A stretch of 64,000 nucleotides of DNA from an uncultured Acidobacteriota bacterium (GTDB taxonomy: Bacteria > Acidobacteriota > Thermoanaerobaculia > Multivoradales > UBA5704): NCBI GenBank assembly GCA_963770895.1, contig CAVYRF010000002.1, forward strand, positions 5,184,001-5,248,000, given 5' to 3'. A program made the translations under genes and the position numbers. Shown here in pieces: positions 41,823 to 53,800 of this stretch. Every line of letters begins with the position of its first letter. Within the stretch, counting starts at the first letter, position 1. The notes below the pieces were generated by a model that ran no database searches, was not told the origin of the DNA, and worked only from the letters and a program-made list of their open reading frames with translations.

Positions 41823-42008
41823 GCCTGCGACTGGGTCCATTTTCGGCGTGCAGATGACAGGTGTGAGCGAGCGTCGGAATCCGTCGAAATCCGAGCATCA
41901 GATCGAGCCTGAGCGGTCAGCATCATCCCGCGCGTAGCGCGGCGGGTGGAGGGGGTGCGGGGGAGGAGGGGCGAGGGGGGATATGCTGAGCCGAGCTGGG
42001 TAGAGAAA

Positions 42009-42038
42009 CGAAAACCCCGGTGGACGCCGGGGTTTTCG
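42009..42038. terminator. Strong hairpin, possible bidirectional terminator inside the IS21 left end
   Basis: cgaaaaccccgg-tggacg-ccggggttttcg, perfect 12-bp stem. Confidence 0.5.
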
Positions 42039-42143
42039 CGTCGTTCCGCGGCCCGCCAGCAGCGAGCCTCGGCCCAACCGAGACAGTTGGAGCCTGGCAC
42101 AGGCGGGCCGCGTTCGTCCAGTCCCCCAGCGACTGGAGGCGAG

Positions 42144-42610
42144 GTGCCTGCGCCTGAGGTTCCGGTCCTTCATCCCCGTTTCTGCCGGCGGTGTGGTCGT
42201 CCGTTCGCGATCTGCTGCGGTTGCGACCGCGGGTATGCCTATGGTTCTCGGGCATGCAGCGAGGCCGCTCGTCGGGAGCGGCATCGGGAGGCCAAGCGGC
42301 GCAACCTGAAAACGCCTCAGGGACGGGCCAACAATGCTCGTCATCAGCGCGAGTATCGAGCGCGTCGCCGGCAGGGCGGCGGCGGTGGTCCTGGCGGGAG
42401 CGTAAGGGATCGGTCTTCCGCGGTGCGGTGCGGTCCTGAGACGCTGTGGGCGGGGCTGCCGCGGGTCCGCAGAGAGCGGAGCGCCGCCGAGTCGCCCTGG
42501 GAGAGCGCCTGTGAAGACCACAATCAGGGTTGGAGTGGCTGTGTGGTGTGCGGGGGCGGTAGTCCGTGGCTCGATCCGTTCGGAGCGCGGGGAGTAGGCC
42601 ATGCTCGATG
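42144..42610 (+). CDS. IS21-associated Cys-rich (Zn-finger-like) protein upstream of istA; 3' end uncertain because the frame stays open to 43160
   Basis: FCRRCGRPFAICCGCDRGYAYGSRACS…HQREYRAR…CVVCG; GGAGG before GTG. Confidence 0.6.
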
Positions 42611-44106
42611 CCGGGATCGTCACCGAGATCAAACGCCTGCATTACGCCGAGCACTGGCGGATCGGCACCATCGCCGCCCAACTCGGCGTCCATCCGGATG
42701 CTGTCCGTCGGGTGGTGTCCGGCGAGCCGGGAAGCCGGCGGCCGGCGGCGCCGCGGCCGTGCCGGATCGATCCGTTTCTGCCCTTTGTGACCGAGACCCT
42801 GGAGCGCTATCCGCGTCTGTGCACCACGGTGCTGCATCGCATGCTGCGCGAGCGCGGCTTTGTCGGCGGCGTATCGCAGTTGCGGCGGGTGGTGCGTGCG
42901 CTGCGGCCTCATCGTCGCCGGGTCTTCGTGCGTCTGGCCAGTCTTCCCGGCGAAGCCGCGCAGGTCGATTGGGCCGACTTCGGCTGCGTCACCGTGGGCC
43001 GTGCCCGGCGCCGGCTGGCGGCCTTTCTCATGACGTTGGTCTACTCGCGGGCGCTCTACGTCGAGTTTTTCTTCGACCAGACGCTGGGCAATTTCTTGCT
43101 CGGCCATGTCCACGCTTTCGAGCACTTTGGCGGCGTACCGCGTCAGGTCGCGACGGATAATTTGCGGTCGGTCGTGCTGGAGCGCCATGGCAACCAAATC
43201 CGGTTTCATCCGCGCTATCTCGAACTGGCCGGTCATTACTGCTTCGAAACTCGCCCCTGCCACGTCGGCGCCAGCCAGGAAAAGGGCCGCGTCGAGCGCT
43301 CCGTGCGTTACGTACGAGATTCGTTTTTCGCCGCTCGCGGCTTTACCACCCTGGCCGATCTCAACCGCAGCGTCGGGCGTTGGATGGCCGAGGTCGCGTC
43401 GGTGCGCCGCTGGGTGGACGATGATGCTCGTGCCGTCGCCGACGTCTTTGCCGAAGACGAGCAGCGCCGCCTCCTACCGCTGCCGCGGCATTCCCTCGAT
43501 ACCAGTCAACGCAGTACGGTGCGCAGCGAAAAGCTCCTCTTTATCCGCTTCGACCGCAACGACTACTCCATCCCACCGACCGCGGTCGGCAAAGATTTGA
43601 CCCTGCTCGCCACGGATTGCGAGGTCCGTCTGCTCGACGGCACCGTCGAGATCGCCCGCCATCGCCGGTCCTACGACCAGGCCGAGCGCCTCACCGACCC
43701 GGCTCACAGCCAAGCCCTGCTCGCCCACAAGCGCGGCGGCGTACCGACCGCCGTCGAGTCTCCCCTGCGACTCGCCGTACCCGAGGTCGCGGCCTTCTGC
43801 GATGCCGCCTTTGCCCGCTATCGGAGCGTGGCCCTGCTGACCACCGCACTGACTCGCATGCTCCATCTCTACGGAGCCACATCCCTGAGCGCCGCAATCG
43901 CGGAGGCCCTTGGGCGTCAGACGCCGACCCTCGATGCCGTCGAGTACCTGCTCGAAAGGCACCGCCGCGCCGCCCAGCGGCGCCCTCCTCTGCCCGTCGA
44001 CCTGACCGACAAACCCGAGCTCGCCACCTATCATGTCCAACCCCATCCTCTCGCCGGCTACGACCAGCTCGCCCACGACGCCGCCACGGAGGATGTCGAT
44101 GATTGA
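42601..44106 (+). CDS. istA: IS21 transposase IstA
   Basis: HTH; PGEAAQVDW; TDNL; EKGRVER; NDYSIP. Confidence 0.95.
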   Translation: MLDAGIVTEIKRLHYAEHWRIGTIAAQLGVHPDAVRRVVSGEPGSRRPAAPRPCRIDPFLPFVTETLERYPRLCTTVLHRMLRERGFVGGVSQLRRVVRALRPHRRRVFVRLASLPGEAAQVDWADFGCVTVGRARRRLAAFLMTLVYSRALYVEFFFDQTLGNFLLGHVHAFEHFGGVPRQVATDNLRSVVLERHGNQIRFHPRYLELAGHYCFETRPCHVGASQEKGRVERSVRYVRDSFFAARGFTTLADLNRSVGRWMAEVASVRRWVDDDARAVADVFAEDEQRRLLPLPRHSLDTSQRSTVRSEKLLFIRFDRNDYSIPPTAVGKDLTLLATDCEVRLLDGTVEIARHRRSYDQAERLTDPAHSQALLAHKRGGVPTAVESPLRLAVPEVAAFCDAAFARYRSVALLTTALTRMLHLYGATSLSAAIAEALGRQTPTLDAVEYLLERHRRAAQRRPPLPVDLTDKPELATYHVQPHPLAGYDQLAHDAATEDVDD

Positions 44107-44857
44107 CCTTGCCGCGCAGCTCCGCGCTCTCGGCCTCTACGCCACCGCCGCCGGACTCGACGATCTCATCGCCACGGCCAGCCAACGGCGCCTCGGGCCT
44201 CGCGCTCTGCTCGAACACATCGCCACCGCCGAAGCCGCCGACCGCGCCCGCCGCTCCCTCGAACGGCGGACTGCCAGAAGCCGACTCGGCGCCTTCAAAC
44301 CCATCACCGATTTCGATTGGAGCTGGCCAAAGAAAATCGATCGCCCCCTGCTCGAACGAGCTCTTACACTCGATTTCCTCAAGGACGGCAGAAACCTCAT
44401 CGTCCTCGGACCCAACGGCGTCGGCAAGACCATGCTCATCAAAAACGTCGCCTATCAGGCTGTGCTCGCCGGCTATTCCGTGCTCTTTCGAACCGCTGCC
44501 GAACTGCTCGACGACATCGACTGCGACTCCCCAGAGCTACGACGCCGCAGAATCGCCGCCTACACCACGCCCGCCCTCGTCTGCCTCGATGAAATCGGCT
44601 ATCTCTCCTACGACGACCACGCCGCCGATCTCCTCTACAAGGTCATCAACCCCCGCTACGAAAAACGACGCTCTCTGCTCCTCACCACCAACCTCGCCTT
44701 CAAAGACTGGAACGCTGTCTTTCCCAACGCCACCTGTATCGTCACCCTCATCGATCGCCTCACCCATCACGCCGACGTCACCGCCATCGAAGCCGACAGC
44801 TACCGCCGACGCGAGAGCGAGGCCGAGGCCGCCGCCCGCCGCAAGCGCAAGCCATGA
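44093..44857 (+). CDS. istB: IS21 helper ATPase IstB
   Basis: [25 protein letters not shown]; start at 44093 or 44099. Confidence 0.95.
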   Translation: MSMIDLAAQLRALGLYATAAGLDDLIATASQRRLGPRALLEHIATAEAADRARRSLERRTARSRLGAFKPITDFDWSWPKKIDRPLLERALTLDFLKDGRNLIVLGPNGVGKTMLIKNVAYQAVLAGYSVLFRTAAELLDDIDCDSPELRRRRIAAYTTPALVCLDEIGYLSYDDHAADLLYKVINPRYEKRRSLLLTTNLAFKDWNAVFPNATCIVTLIDRLTHHADVTAIEADSYRRRESEAEAAARRKRKP

Positions 44858-45189
44858 CTCGCAACGAGTACGTCCGCTGCGTCCTGGCTCTCTTCCACAG
44901 CGCACTCCACGCCGCCCCACGCCGCAGAGCCGCCGCCGCCGACCGACGCCTCGCCGCCCAACTCTTTGATGAAGGAATTGACCTACAAACCGTCGAAGCC
45001 GCCTCGCTCCTGGCCACCGCCCGCCGTACCATCCGACCTGCCCAACTCGGGCCCCTTCCTCCGATCCGCTCCCTGGCCTACTTGCTGCCCGTCATCCGCG
45101 AGATCCAGCAACAGCCGCTCGACCCTGCCTACCTCGATTACCTACGCCGACGATTGCCGACCTCACGCTCGCTTTTCGACGGAAACTGA
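44854..45189 (+). CDS. IS21-associated hypothetical protein
   Basis: ATGA overlap with istB; lies inside the right IR; [15 protein letters not shown]. Confidence 0.7.
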   Translation: MTRNEYVRCVLALFHSALHAAPRRRAAAADRRLAAQLFDEGIDLQTVEAASLLATARRTIRPAQLGPLPPIRSLAYLLPVIREIQQQPLDPAYLDYLRRRLPTSRSLFDGN

Positions 45190-45348
45190 CGCTCGGTAAC
45201 AACAGGGGCCTGTTGCCGGATGAATAGACCTACCGGCCGAGCGGGAGAAATTCGCCGGCAACGTCCGTCTACATAGATAGCTAGCCACCCTCGGCAGCGA
45301 AAGAGCCCGACCCAGACCCCCTTAGCCTGGGCGCAGGGAGGTGCGGAG

Positions 45349-46542
45349 ATGCGCCGTCAGAGTCTGGTTGGGGTCGTCCTCCTGATCGCCGCCCTCTGGG
45401 GACCGGCGAGAGCAGCGCATGCCGTGGAGGTGGCTGCGACCGATGCGACGCTGGAGCAGGAGTTCCTGGTCCTGTTCAAGCACTTTGAGAAGGCGGACTG
45501 GCAAGGATCAGTTTTCCATGTCGGACCGGGCGAGATGCCAAAGAGTTCAGGCCGCCCCCCGCTGGCGCTTGCCTGCAAGGGGGCTGGCGCGCGCGTTTTG
45601 GCGCTCTTCGACAGCACGTTTCACAACACGGCTGATCTGGGCGTGGTCTTCTGCGACACCGGGATCTTCTACCGCAGCCGCATCGCATCTCCCAAAGAGG
45701 GGGTGCTGCCTTACAATGACTTCAAGCGAGCGGACTTCCGCGCTCGCAGTGGAGTTTTCGTTGACATCGATCAGAACCATACTCTCGACGGCCCTCCCGC
45801 GCTGGCTCACCTTTTCGATGGCTTGAAGACTCTGATCGAGGTGCATGACGGCGCATCCGTCATCCCGCCGGGCAGCAAGCTGGTCAAGCCCTTCTGCGTC
45901 CTGCCACCCCAGACCGCCATCGTAACCAACGGATCGCCCCTGACGATCCACTGCAAAGAGATCTTCGTCTATGGAGTGGCCACCATCCGCTCGTTCGATC
46001 GGCCCGCCGGGTTTGGCCAGCAAGCAGGTGATGGCGGCCCCATCGATCTCGATGTCGAGACGATCTCAGGAGGGCGTCTGGAGATCCTCGACACGGGTCA
46101 AGAAGGCTACGTCGGAGCGGCTGGTCCAGCCGGAGCTCGGGGCGAACCGGGAGCTGCGGGCGCTGCGCGCAGCTTGGGGCGCACGGTGCTCTCCGGCTGT
46201 GCCTCCGGAGGGCAGGGAAGCCCTGGGCAACGGGGCGGGCCCGGAGGCGTTGGCGGGATGGGAGGGAAGGGCGGAGATGGCGGATCGGTGAGGATCACGA
46301 CGAACAGCGCCACCAAAAAGCTGATCGCTGCAAAGGCATCCGGAGGTGAGGGCGGAAAGGGCGGTCCAGGAGGCCGCGGCGGCCCTGGCGGTCCTGGCGG
46401 TCAGCCAGGACCTGGCGATGCCTTTTGTGGTGGGGGTCTCCCAGGTCCTATCGGCCCCAATGGAGAAAACGGTAGCGCTGGTCCTGCTGGAGGTCAAGGG
46501 AAAAACGTTCCAATCAACTGGATACTGAAGGAGAGGGGCTAG
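45349..46542 (+). CDS. Secreted protein with collagen-like G-X-X repeats
   Basis: GGAGGTG RBS; signal peptide; two Gly-triplet tracts in the C-terminal third. Confidence 0.8.
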   Translation: MRRQSLVGVVLLIAALWGPARAAHAVEVAATDATLEQEFLVLFKHFEKADWQGSVFHVGPGEMPKSSGRPPLALACKGAGARVLALFDSTFHNTADLGVVFCDTGIFYRSRIASPKEGVLPYNDFKRADFRARSGVFVDIDQNHTLDGPPALAHLFDGLKTLIEVHDGASVIPPGSKLVKPFCVLPPQTAIVTNGSPLTIHCKEIFVYGVATIRSFDRPAGFGQQAGDGGPIDLDVETISGGRLEILDTGQEGYVGAAGPAGARGEPGAAGAARSLGRTVLSGCASGGQGSPGQRGGPGGVGGMGGKGGDGGSVRITTNSATKKLIAAKASGGEGGKGGPGGRGGPGGPGGQPGPGDAFCGGGLPGPIGPNGENGSAGPAGGQGKNVPINWILKERG

Positions 46543-46543
46543 C

Positions 46544-47359
46544 ATGAGGACCCACATCCTTGCAGTGTCACTGATCATGGCAGCATGGATCGCGCCCACT
46601 CTGAACGCCGCATCCGTGTCCCCAGGGTTTTGTGAATCCGACTACCTGGATGCGTGCCGACAAGGCTATCAGCCTACAGTTTCGGAGTCGCTGAGAGATC
46701 AGAAGAGGCTTGACCACTACCGAGACTGCGTAGACCAGGAAGGGAACACCTGCCTGTTGATCGCCAGTCGCAGCTCCCGGGAGAACCTAATCAAATTGCT
46801 AATAAATTGCCGCGTGAATATCGAGCAGGTAGACGAGAAGGGTATGACCGCCCTGATGTGGGCCGTCACCAATGGCAATTTTTCAATCGCCAAGGTCCTC
46901 GTGAAAGAGGGTCACGCTGAGGTGGAAAACAGCAATGCGCGCGGCGACACGGCAATCAAGATTGCGCAACGAGAAGGATTTGTCGATATTGAGCACTTCC
47001 TGGAAGCAAATCGTGAGCGGTGGACAGATGCCGCAGGCCAGAGCATCTGGATCTTGATTGCATTGGGCTGCGCTGGTGGGTTCTTGTTGACGCTCTTTGA
47101 ATTCTTCGAAGGCAGCAATAGCTCCGCGCCGCCAGGCGGGGGCAGGCGCTTGGTCGCGTGGTTCGGGATCCCTGCGCTCGGTGGCTTCCTCGTCTATGTC
47201 TTCGTCTTGACTGGCGCCTTGCTAACGCCTCTGTTGGCACTGGGTCTCGGTATCTCCGGCCCGGCCTTGATCCGCGCTTGGCGCATGAATCCGTTGACCT
47301 ACTCGCTGGGCGACCTGTCCAAGACCCCACCGCCTCAACCTAAGCCTCCCCCTCCGTGA
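46544..47359 (+). CDS. Exported ankyrin-repeat protein with about three C-terminal TM helices
   Basis: Signal peptide; DQEGNTCL, DEKGMTALMWA, NARGDTAI; hydrophobic C-terminus. Confidence 0.85.
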   Translation: MRTHILAVSLIMAAWIAPTLNAASVSPGFCESDYLDACRQGYQPTVSESLRDQKRLDHYRDCVDQEGNTCLLIASRSSRENLIKLLINCRVNIEQVDEKGMTALMWAVTNGNFSIAKVLVKEGHAEVENSNARGDTAIKIAQREGFVDIEHFLEANRERWTDAAGQSIWILIALGCAGGFLLTLFEFFEGSNSSAPPGGGRRLVAWFGIPALGGFLVYVFVLTGALLTPLLALGLGISGPALIRAWRMNPLTYSLGDLSKTPPPQPKPPPP

Positions 47360-47548
47360 GGCTGCCGGTATGTCGGTGGCAGGGCTGGCCGAGGCGGGCG
47401 CCTCTGGCGTCCAGCCCGATCTTGGATCGTGGTGCGAACTGCCGGCGATTACTGCCCCCCTCCACACACAGCAACGGAGCGCGCAGGCCCTTGCGGACCG
47501 GAGTGTCAGGGATCAAACCTGAATGGCCGCGAGTCGCCGCGAGGCGCG

Positions 47549-47778
47549 TGTCAAGTGACGGCAATTTCTATGAGGTTAGCGATCGCGTAGTTCTACGACC
47601 CTCCTGGTTAGCTGGGCCGAAGGCCCAGGATGCGGTAGGGACCGGGGGGAAGGGTCCCGCCGCGCGCGAGCTTACGCACTTACTTGAGCATTCTTTCGAG
47701 ATCTCGCAGCCGGTAAGGCCGGCCCTTGATGTTGATGACGTGGCGGCAGTGCAGGAGCCGATCCAGCAGGGCGGTCAC
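47549..47778 (-). pseudogene. IS21 right-end remnant with istB C-terminal fragment
   Basis: 47778-47680 on the minus strand reads VTALLDRLLHCRHVINIKGRPYRLRDLERMLK*; tgtcaagtgacggc at 47549 is a plausible IS21 terminus. Confidence 0.7.
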
Positions 47779-47865
47779 CGTGGCGGTAGAGCTCAAGGTG
47801 ATGAAAGGAATCAACGCACCACAGCTCATCAATACATGCCAAGCTTGCACCGCCGCGAGCTCATA

Positions 47866-50800
47866 CTACATGCCGGCCGAGGCAGTCGCGATCGCCCGCC
47901 GCGTGATCCCAGATTGCAGCGGGCTCACAAGGTCGAGGCGCTGCAGCAAGTCCCAGCACACGAACGCCGGATCTCCCGGCAGCACGCGGCCGGTCAGGCT
48001 TGCCAGACGTTGCTCCAGCCAGGCCGCCCAGGCAGCTTCGTCTTCATGTACGGCGGCGGCGGTCACCATGATACCGACGAGGCTGGCGATCCCTTCCTCC
48101 GCACGGGTGCGCGGGGCGACGGCAAGAAGAGCGTTGGCCACGGCGTCGGCCAGGTCGAGATCGCGCTGCGCGACTGCGACCAGCGCCGCCTGCTCAAGGT
48201 CCTGCCAGCGCTTCTGGGAAGGTTCGCCGCCCTCGTCATCGGCGGCGAGGGATGCAGCCAAGCTCGCCCGTACCGCAGCGGGCAGCCGCCCGAGCCAGCC
48301 GTACAACAACGCTCCGGCCCAAGCGCCCTGGCTCGGGATCCCCGCCAGCTGCGCCAAAAGCACTTCTGGCAGCTCCTCTCTTGGGCGGAGATGCGCGGCG
48401 AGCGGGTCGGTTGGGAGCACCGGCCAGACAGCACGGTAGGCGGCTTGGATGTCATCGGCCCCTGGCACGCGTCTGCCCGCCGCTTGATGGGCCACGACGA
48501 GCCGCCATAGCCGGGAGAGAAGCTCCGCGCGCACATACGGTGCCGCAAGCAACCCAGGACGGACGAGGGGTTCCCGCCGGCGATCGATCATCTTGGCCCA
48601 CCTGCCCACCAGCCAAAACCCGGTCTGTACGAATTCGGTAAGCGCGCCGAGATCGACTGCGCCTTGCGGCAGCATTGGGGCCATCAAAGCCGCCTCCATC
48701 CAGGCGCACATGCGCCGCCAGAACGGCGGGCGGAGGGCGCTGCCCCCAACCAGCATGAGCTTATCCAGCATGAGCTCGACGAGCAGCGCAAAGACGGCGT
48801 AGAAGTCGCCACCACAAGGGAGCGGAAATGTATCTGAGACGAGTGCCGGCAGCGCCCGATTCAGCAGCGCCGCGAAGCGGGGGTCGTGCTGGCGATGCAG
48901 GGCCACGTCCACCGCGGCCAGGAGCGAAATCGGCTCGGCCTCGGGATGGCTGGCTTCGAGAGCGTTCCACACCTCGTCGTCGTTGTACGGCGCGAGCCAG
49001 AGCCCGGGCAGGAGCTCGTCGCGTAAGGCGCCGCGAAGGCAGGTGCGGAGACCCTGCACCAAATCGCGGCGCAACAGGTCCTGCCGGTGCGCGGGCAGAG
49101 TGACCGTGAGATACGTTTCGGGATCGGCCGTGCCCGGGTCCGGGCCGTAATATCGCTCCATCAAGAGGAACGAGGGGGGAGGCAACTCGTCCAGCGGGAT
49201 CTGCCGATCGGCGAGCGCTGCGCCCACCTGGTGTTCGTGCGGCACGAGCGCGTTCTCGAGAGCACTCAAGAGTTGATGGATCTCTTCGACGGTCAATTCT
49301 CGGAGATCGGCAGCCGCACGCAGTGCGGCCAGCTCTGGCGGCGCCATGCCACCGAACCGCGCGAGCACCTGGTCCAGAGCGTGCAAGCGCGCCGCGCGGT
49401 CCACCGCGAACAGATTCGTGTCAAAGAGCTGAAGGACGATCCGGTTCGGCTCGCCCTCCCCCTGGGGTAGATCGATCGCAGGGACCTCGTCGTGGAAGAC
49501 CAAGCGGGCGGCCCTGCCGTCTGCGGTCGTGAGCGCCTGAGGCTCCCGAGTCACCAGGAGGCGCCGCGTAGCCTCGAAAAGGGGCTCGGGGTGGAACGCG
49601 ACGAGGCCTCGCAGAACGACCACCTCCTCGGAGCGCAAGCCGAGCTCGGGCCGGAAAACGAAGTTCGCACGGAGCCAGTCGCAGACGGTCTGCGGTTGAC
49701 TGTTGAAGAGATGGCGTGCGAAAAGCGCGGCATGCTCCATCGGCTCGGAGGTCCATCGCTCGATCAGCTCGCCTGCCTGGCGGCCGAGGGCCTCGACCAT
49801 TCCAGGATACTGGGCGAGGCGCGGCCGCAGCACATATGCCTCCACCCACTCGCGGTAGGCCGCCAGGCGGCCTTCGCCCATGGGAGGCAGCGGCTGGAGG
49901 AGCCCCCAGGTGTGCCGCACGAGCGCCTCGGTGGCATGCTCCGCGGTCGGTCGCGCATCGCTCAGGCCCTCATGGGGCGAGGGTGCGACATGGTGCCAGA
50001 TCCAGTCGGAGACCTGGGCCGCGCGTTCGGACGGCAGGTCTGCCCTTTGCCAGAGCTCGCGGATCGCCAGAACGCTCGTCGGGTAGAGCGCTTCACCGAG
50101 GCCCCGTCTGGCGCTCTCGTGAAGCGGCGGGATCGCGCGCACCCTTGCCAGGGACTGACGAAGCGTGCGCAGTTCGGCGCTCTCGACGAGATCGCCCGCT
50201 TCCGGCCAGCGTGCGCGTGATCCCAGGGCGACCAGCTCGTCAGGCGCCAGGGGCACGAAGCAAAAGCCCGCCTCGCGCAGCCGGTGATGGATCGTCTCTT
50301 GCTCGGCGGCCGTCAGCACGCCCTGGTCGACCAGGAACTGCACCAAATCGAGAACGCAGAGGACCGGCACCGTGCGGCCCTGCTTGTCGGTAAGGCCGCG
50401 GTACCGGTTGATGGCCCGATCGTCGATGCAGATCGCGTCACAGATGCCGGTGTCCGCATCAAACTGCAGGAGTGTCGGTGGCGCGGCACCCGGCAGCTGC
50501 TGGCCGTCGATCGAGTCGCGGCGCGGCAGGAGCCGGATCTTGCCGGCCTCGATACCCGACCGGAGCGCGCCGCGGATCTGGTCGAGGGTCGCGGCAAGCA
50601 GGTCGCCATGGCGCGCGCTGTCAAGCATCCGGTTGGTGTCGGCGCGCAGCGACGGATGCACCCTGAGGTCGAGACCGGCCGCGATCATCGGCTCCAGGAG
50701 CTGGGCGTGCTGGAGATAGGTCACGGCGAGATCGTCGAGGTACAAAGGACGATCTAGCAGCGAGCCGTCGCGCGGCACAGCCCCCGGGCGGTCCTGGGTC

Positions 50801-53800
50801 AGCAGATAACGCTGAGCCTGCTCGTGCTGAGCGGCGTCGAGGTAGCCACGCTCGTAGAGCGCGAGTTCCAGATCGACCGTCGACCAGATGCGCTGCTCGT
50901 CGGCGCCGAGCACCGCGAGCTCCTCCATCAGGCTCGCCGGCCGGTAGATCGGCAGCGGCCGGACGACGCTGCCGCCGCTCGTGCGGGCGGCCAGGAGAAG
51001 CTGCGCGAGATCGCCGCCCACCTCGGCGGCGAGCTCGCGGAGGTCACCGGATGCTGGCTCGGCGTCGCGAAGCTGCTGCCGGTCCAGCATCTCCCGCAGC
51101 CTCTCGGCCGCGCGCACCAGCGCGGGCTGCTGGTGACGGACCTGATTGCGGTCGTTGAGGATGACGAGCAGCGTGTCGGCCGCGACACAGACCTTGGGCA
51201 GCGCGGCGAGGACTCTGTCCAAAAGCTCCAGGTAGGCGAGGACAAAGATCGACGTGATATCGAGGCCCACGACCCAGTCCGGCGGCAAAACCTGGGGCTG
51301 GCTGTGCTCCGAGAGGATCGGAACGAGGGTTCGCTGGCGTCCGTCCTGGGACTGGCGGTTCGCACGCGGTATGCCGATAAGGAGATGGGACAGCGGGACA
51401 TGCAGCTCGATTGCGGCCTGATGAAGCGGTAGTTCACCGCGCAGCCAACCTTCCTCCACCCTGCGCCGGTGTTCGCGTTGCGCCGGCATCATCTGCGTAA
51501 CGACAGTCCGCAGGTCCAGCGCGCGCGCCGGGCCGTCCTCGGCCGACAGCGCCAGCGCCTGCCGCGGCCATGAAGCCGTCTCCCGATCGTCGTCGCGGCC
51601 CAGCTTGAAACGCAGCCAGATCGCCGATACCAGGAGGTGCGCATCGCCTTCGTTGCGCTCCACCGCGAGCTTCGCCAGGTCCCAGGCCCGCTCGGCGGCC
51701 ACATCGACCTGGGCGGCAATCGAAGCCAGTCGCATGAGGGTGGCGGGAGTGTGCCCATCGCGTCGCGGCCACTCCCGGTCAACGATCGCTGAGAAGCGCT
51801 CCCATTGCCCTCCGGCGAGGGCCAGGTTGATGTCGAGGTCGAGATCGAGGTCGTCGACCCGCTCCGCCATCAGCTGGCGATTGAGGTCGTTGGCCTCGCC
51901 GAGACGGCCGGCCCGAAAGAGCGCCCAGGCCCTGGCCGACTGGAGCTCTGGCGCCTGCTCGACGAGATCGGGATTCGCGTCCAGGAACGCCAGGATCTCG
52001 TCCGGTGCGGCGTCCCCGGAGCGTTCCATGCAGACAACCAGCTCCAAAGCGTTGCGCCGGTTCGGCAGCCGCCGGACGAGCTCGGCGACGAGTGGGTGGA
52101 GAGCAGCCCAGTCCCTGGCTTTCCTCAGATAGCGGATCAGGTTCTCGAGATCGATCAGATCTCCTGTCCGAGCGAAGTTGGCCTCGAGGCCCGGGCGCAG
52201 GTCCTCCTCACCCTCATGCTGCAGGATGCGGAGCTCGATACGCCGGATGTCGTCCTCGTCGAAGATCCCTTGCGATGCCTGGAGCTCTGCCTTGGCCCGA
52301 GCCAACTGGCCGTCTCCGAGGAGGACCTCGATGCGTGCCCCGGCCAGGCGGTCGGGCGCCAGCACATCCTGCAGGCTGGTCGCTTCCCGATCGAGATAGG
52401 CGAGCTGGTCACCAGGCGAAAGGGCCTGCTCGTTGATGAGGAATTCGGCGACGCGCTCCTCACGCGACAGCCCTCCCAGATGCGACCGGCGCTCGAGGTA
52501 TCGCATCGCTTTGGCGGCATCGAACGGGATGTCGCGGGCGCGCGCCAGCGGCAGCAGCCGGACCATGCTCTCGCCTTCGCTGCTCATGCTCCGCTCCAGG
52601 TCCTGCCGCGCTGCAGCGACCACCTCGGGATCCGGGTGGGTCAGGAGAAGCCACCTCGACCAGATGCCGGCCTCCAGGGCGAGGGGAGGGAACAGATCTC
52701 GCCACAACACCTGGGTGCGCTCGAAACAAAAGCTGGCCTCGGCCCGATGCCGATCGGCCCCACCCCCTTCGAGTGTGCGCAGGCCGTGCAGGTACACGAT
52801 CCCACCGAGCACCTCGCGGCGCAGCTCTGGGGACACCAGGAAGGCCACTCGCACCCGCCCCTCGATGTTCGGCAGCTCCGGGTAGTCGTCCCAAAGGTGG
52901 CGAACCCGCTCCAGGGAGGCTAAAGCATCCTCCCAACGGCCCTCTTGGGCGAGGGCCACGGCAAGCTGACGCCAACCGAATCCAGTGAGGAACTCAGGCC
53001 GCTCGCCGCCGGGCAGGGAGGCAAATCGAGCGAGGGCCTCTTCCCGACCATGGACGCGGTAGAGGACGGCAAACAGGTTGGCTCGCGCATCGGGGTCGTC
53101 GAGGTCGCGCAATGCGTGGAGCGCACCTTGGGGATCTCCACCAGCCTCAAGCAGGAGAGCGGCGAGGATGGGAGTGCCGGGCGGCAGGGCGTACCGCGCC
53201 AAGCGAGCACGGAAAGACTGCGCTTGCTCGAAGGTCGCGGCGTTGGCGTGAAACCGGGCGGCCCAATACAGGATCTCCGCCTGCTTCGCCGCGTCCGCGT
53301 GTCGGAGATCGCCAGCGGTGGCGCGGTCGACAAGGCGCACGATGTCGGAGCAGCCCTCCTCGAGGGTCGTCACGCCTCGGCGCCGCAGGATGAGGTTCAG
53401 CTCGCGGGCGGCGCGGGCCGAGTGGTCCTCTTGGATCACGCGGTCCGGCGCCGGATCGATGGGGAACAGATCCTCGATCTCCTCAGGGGAGAGCTCCTCC
53501 CGCAGCAGGCCCCAGAACGAGTCGATGCCGAGGACTCTGAAGGTGACCGCGGGGTGGCTGGCCTTGAGGCCGGCAACCGCGCTGGCGGCGAGCTTGCCGA
53601 TTGCGTCCTCGGGGTAGTTGTGGACGAACGACCAGCAGCGAAGGTTGCCCTCAAGGGTCGAGTAGGCGGTTGTGAAGTTGTCTCGCAGCTTGGTTACCAG
53701 GATGCTGTCGGTTTGCTCAGTGATCCTGGCGGGTGCATAGATCTGGTACACCTCACCGGTGTTGATGACCAACCCATCGAGGCCACCGTCGCCGCTCGTC

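Larger units (their letters stand above)
41862..45201 (+). mobile_element. Complete IS21-family element with two accessory ORFs
   Basis: Left IR tgtgagcgagcgtcggaatccgtcgaaa matches right IR (reverse complement) tgttaccgagcgtcagtttccgtcgaaa; 5-bp TSD ACAGG at 41857-41861 and 45202-45206. Confidence 0.92.

Noticed and set aside
47356-48510. 384-aa plus-strand ORF
   Set aside because: Antisense to the istB remnant and to the end of the 2026-aa gene.
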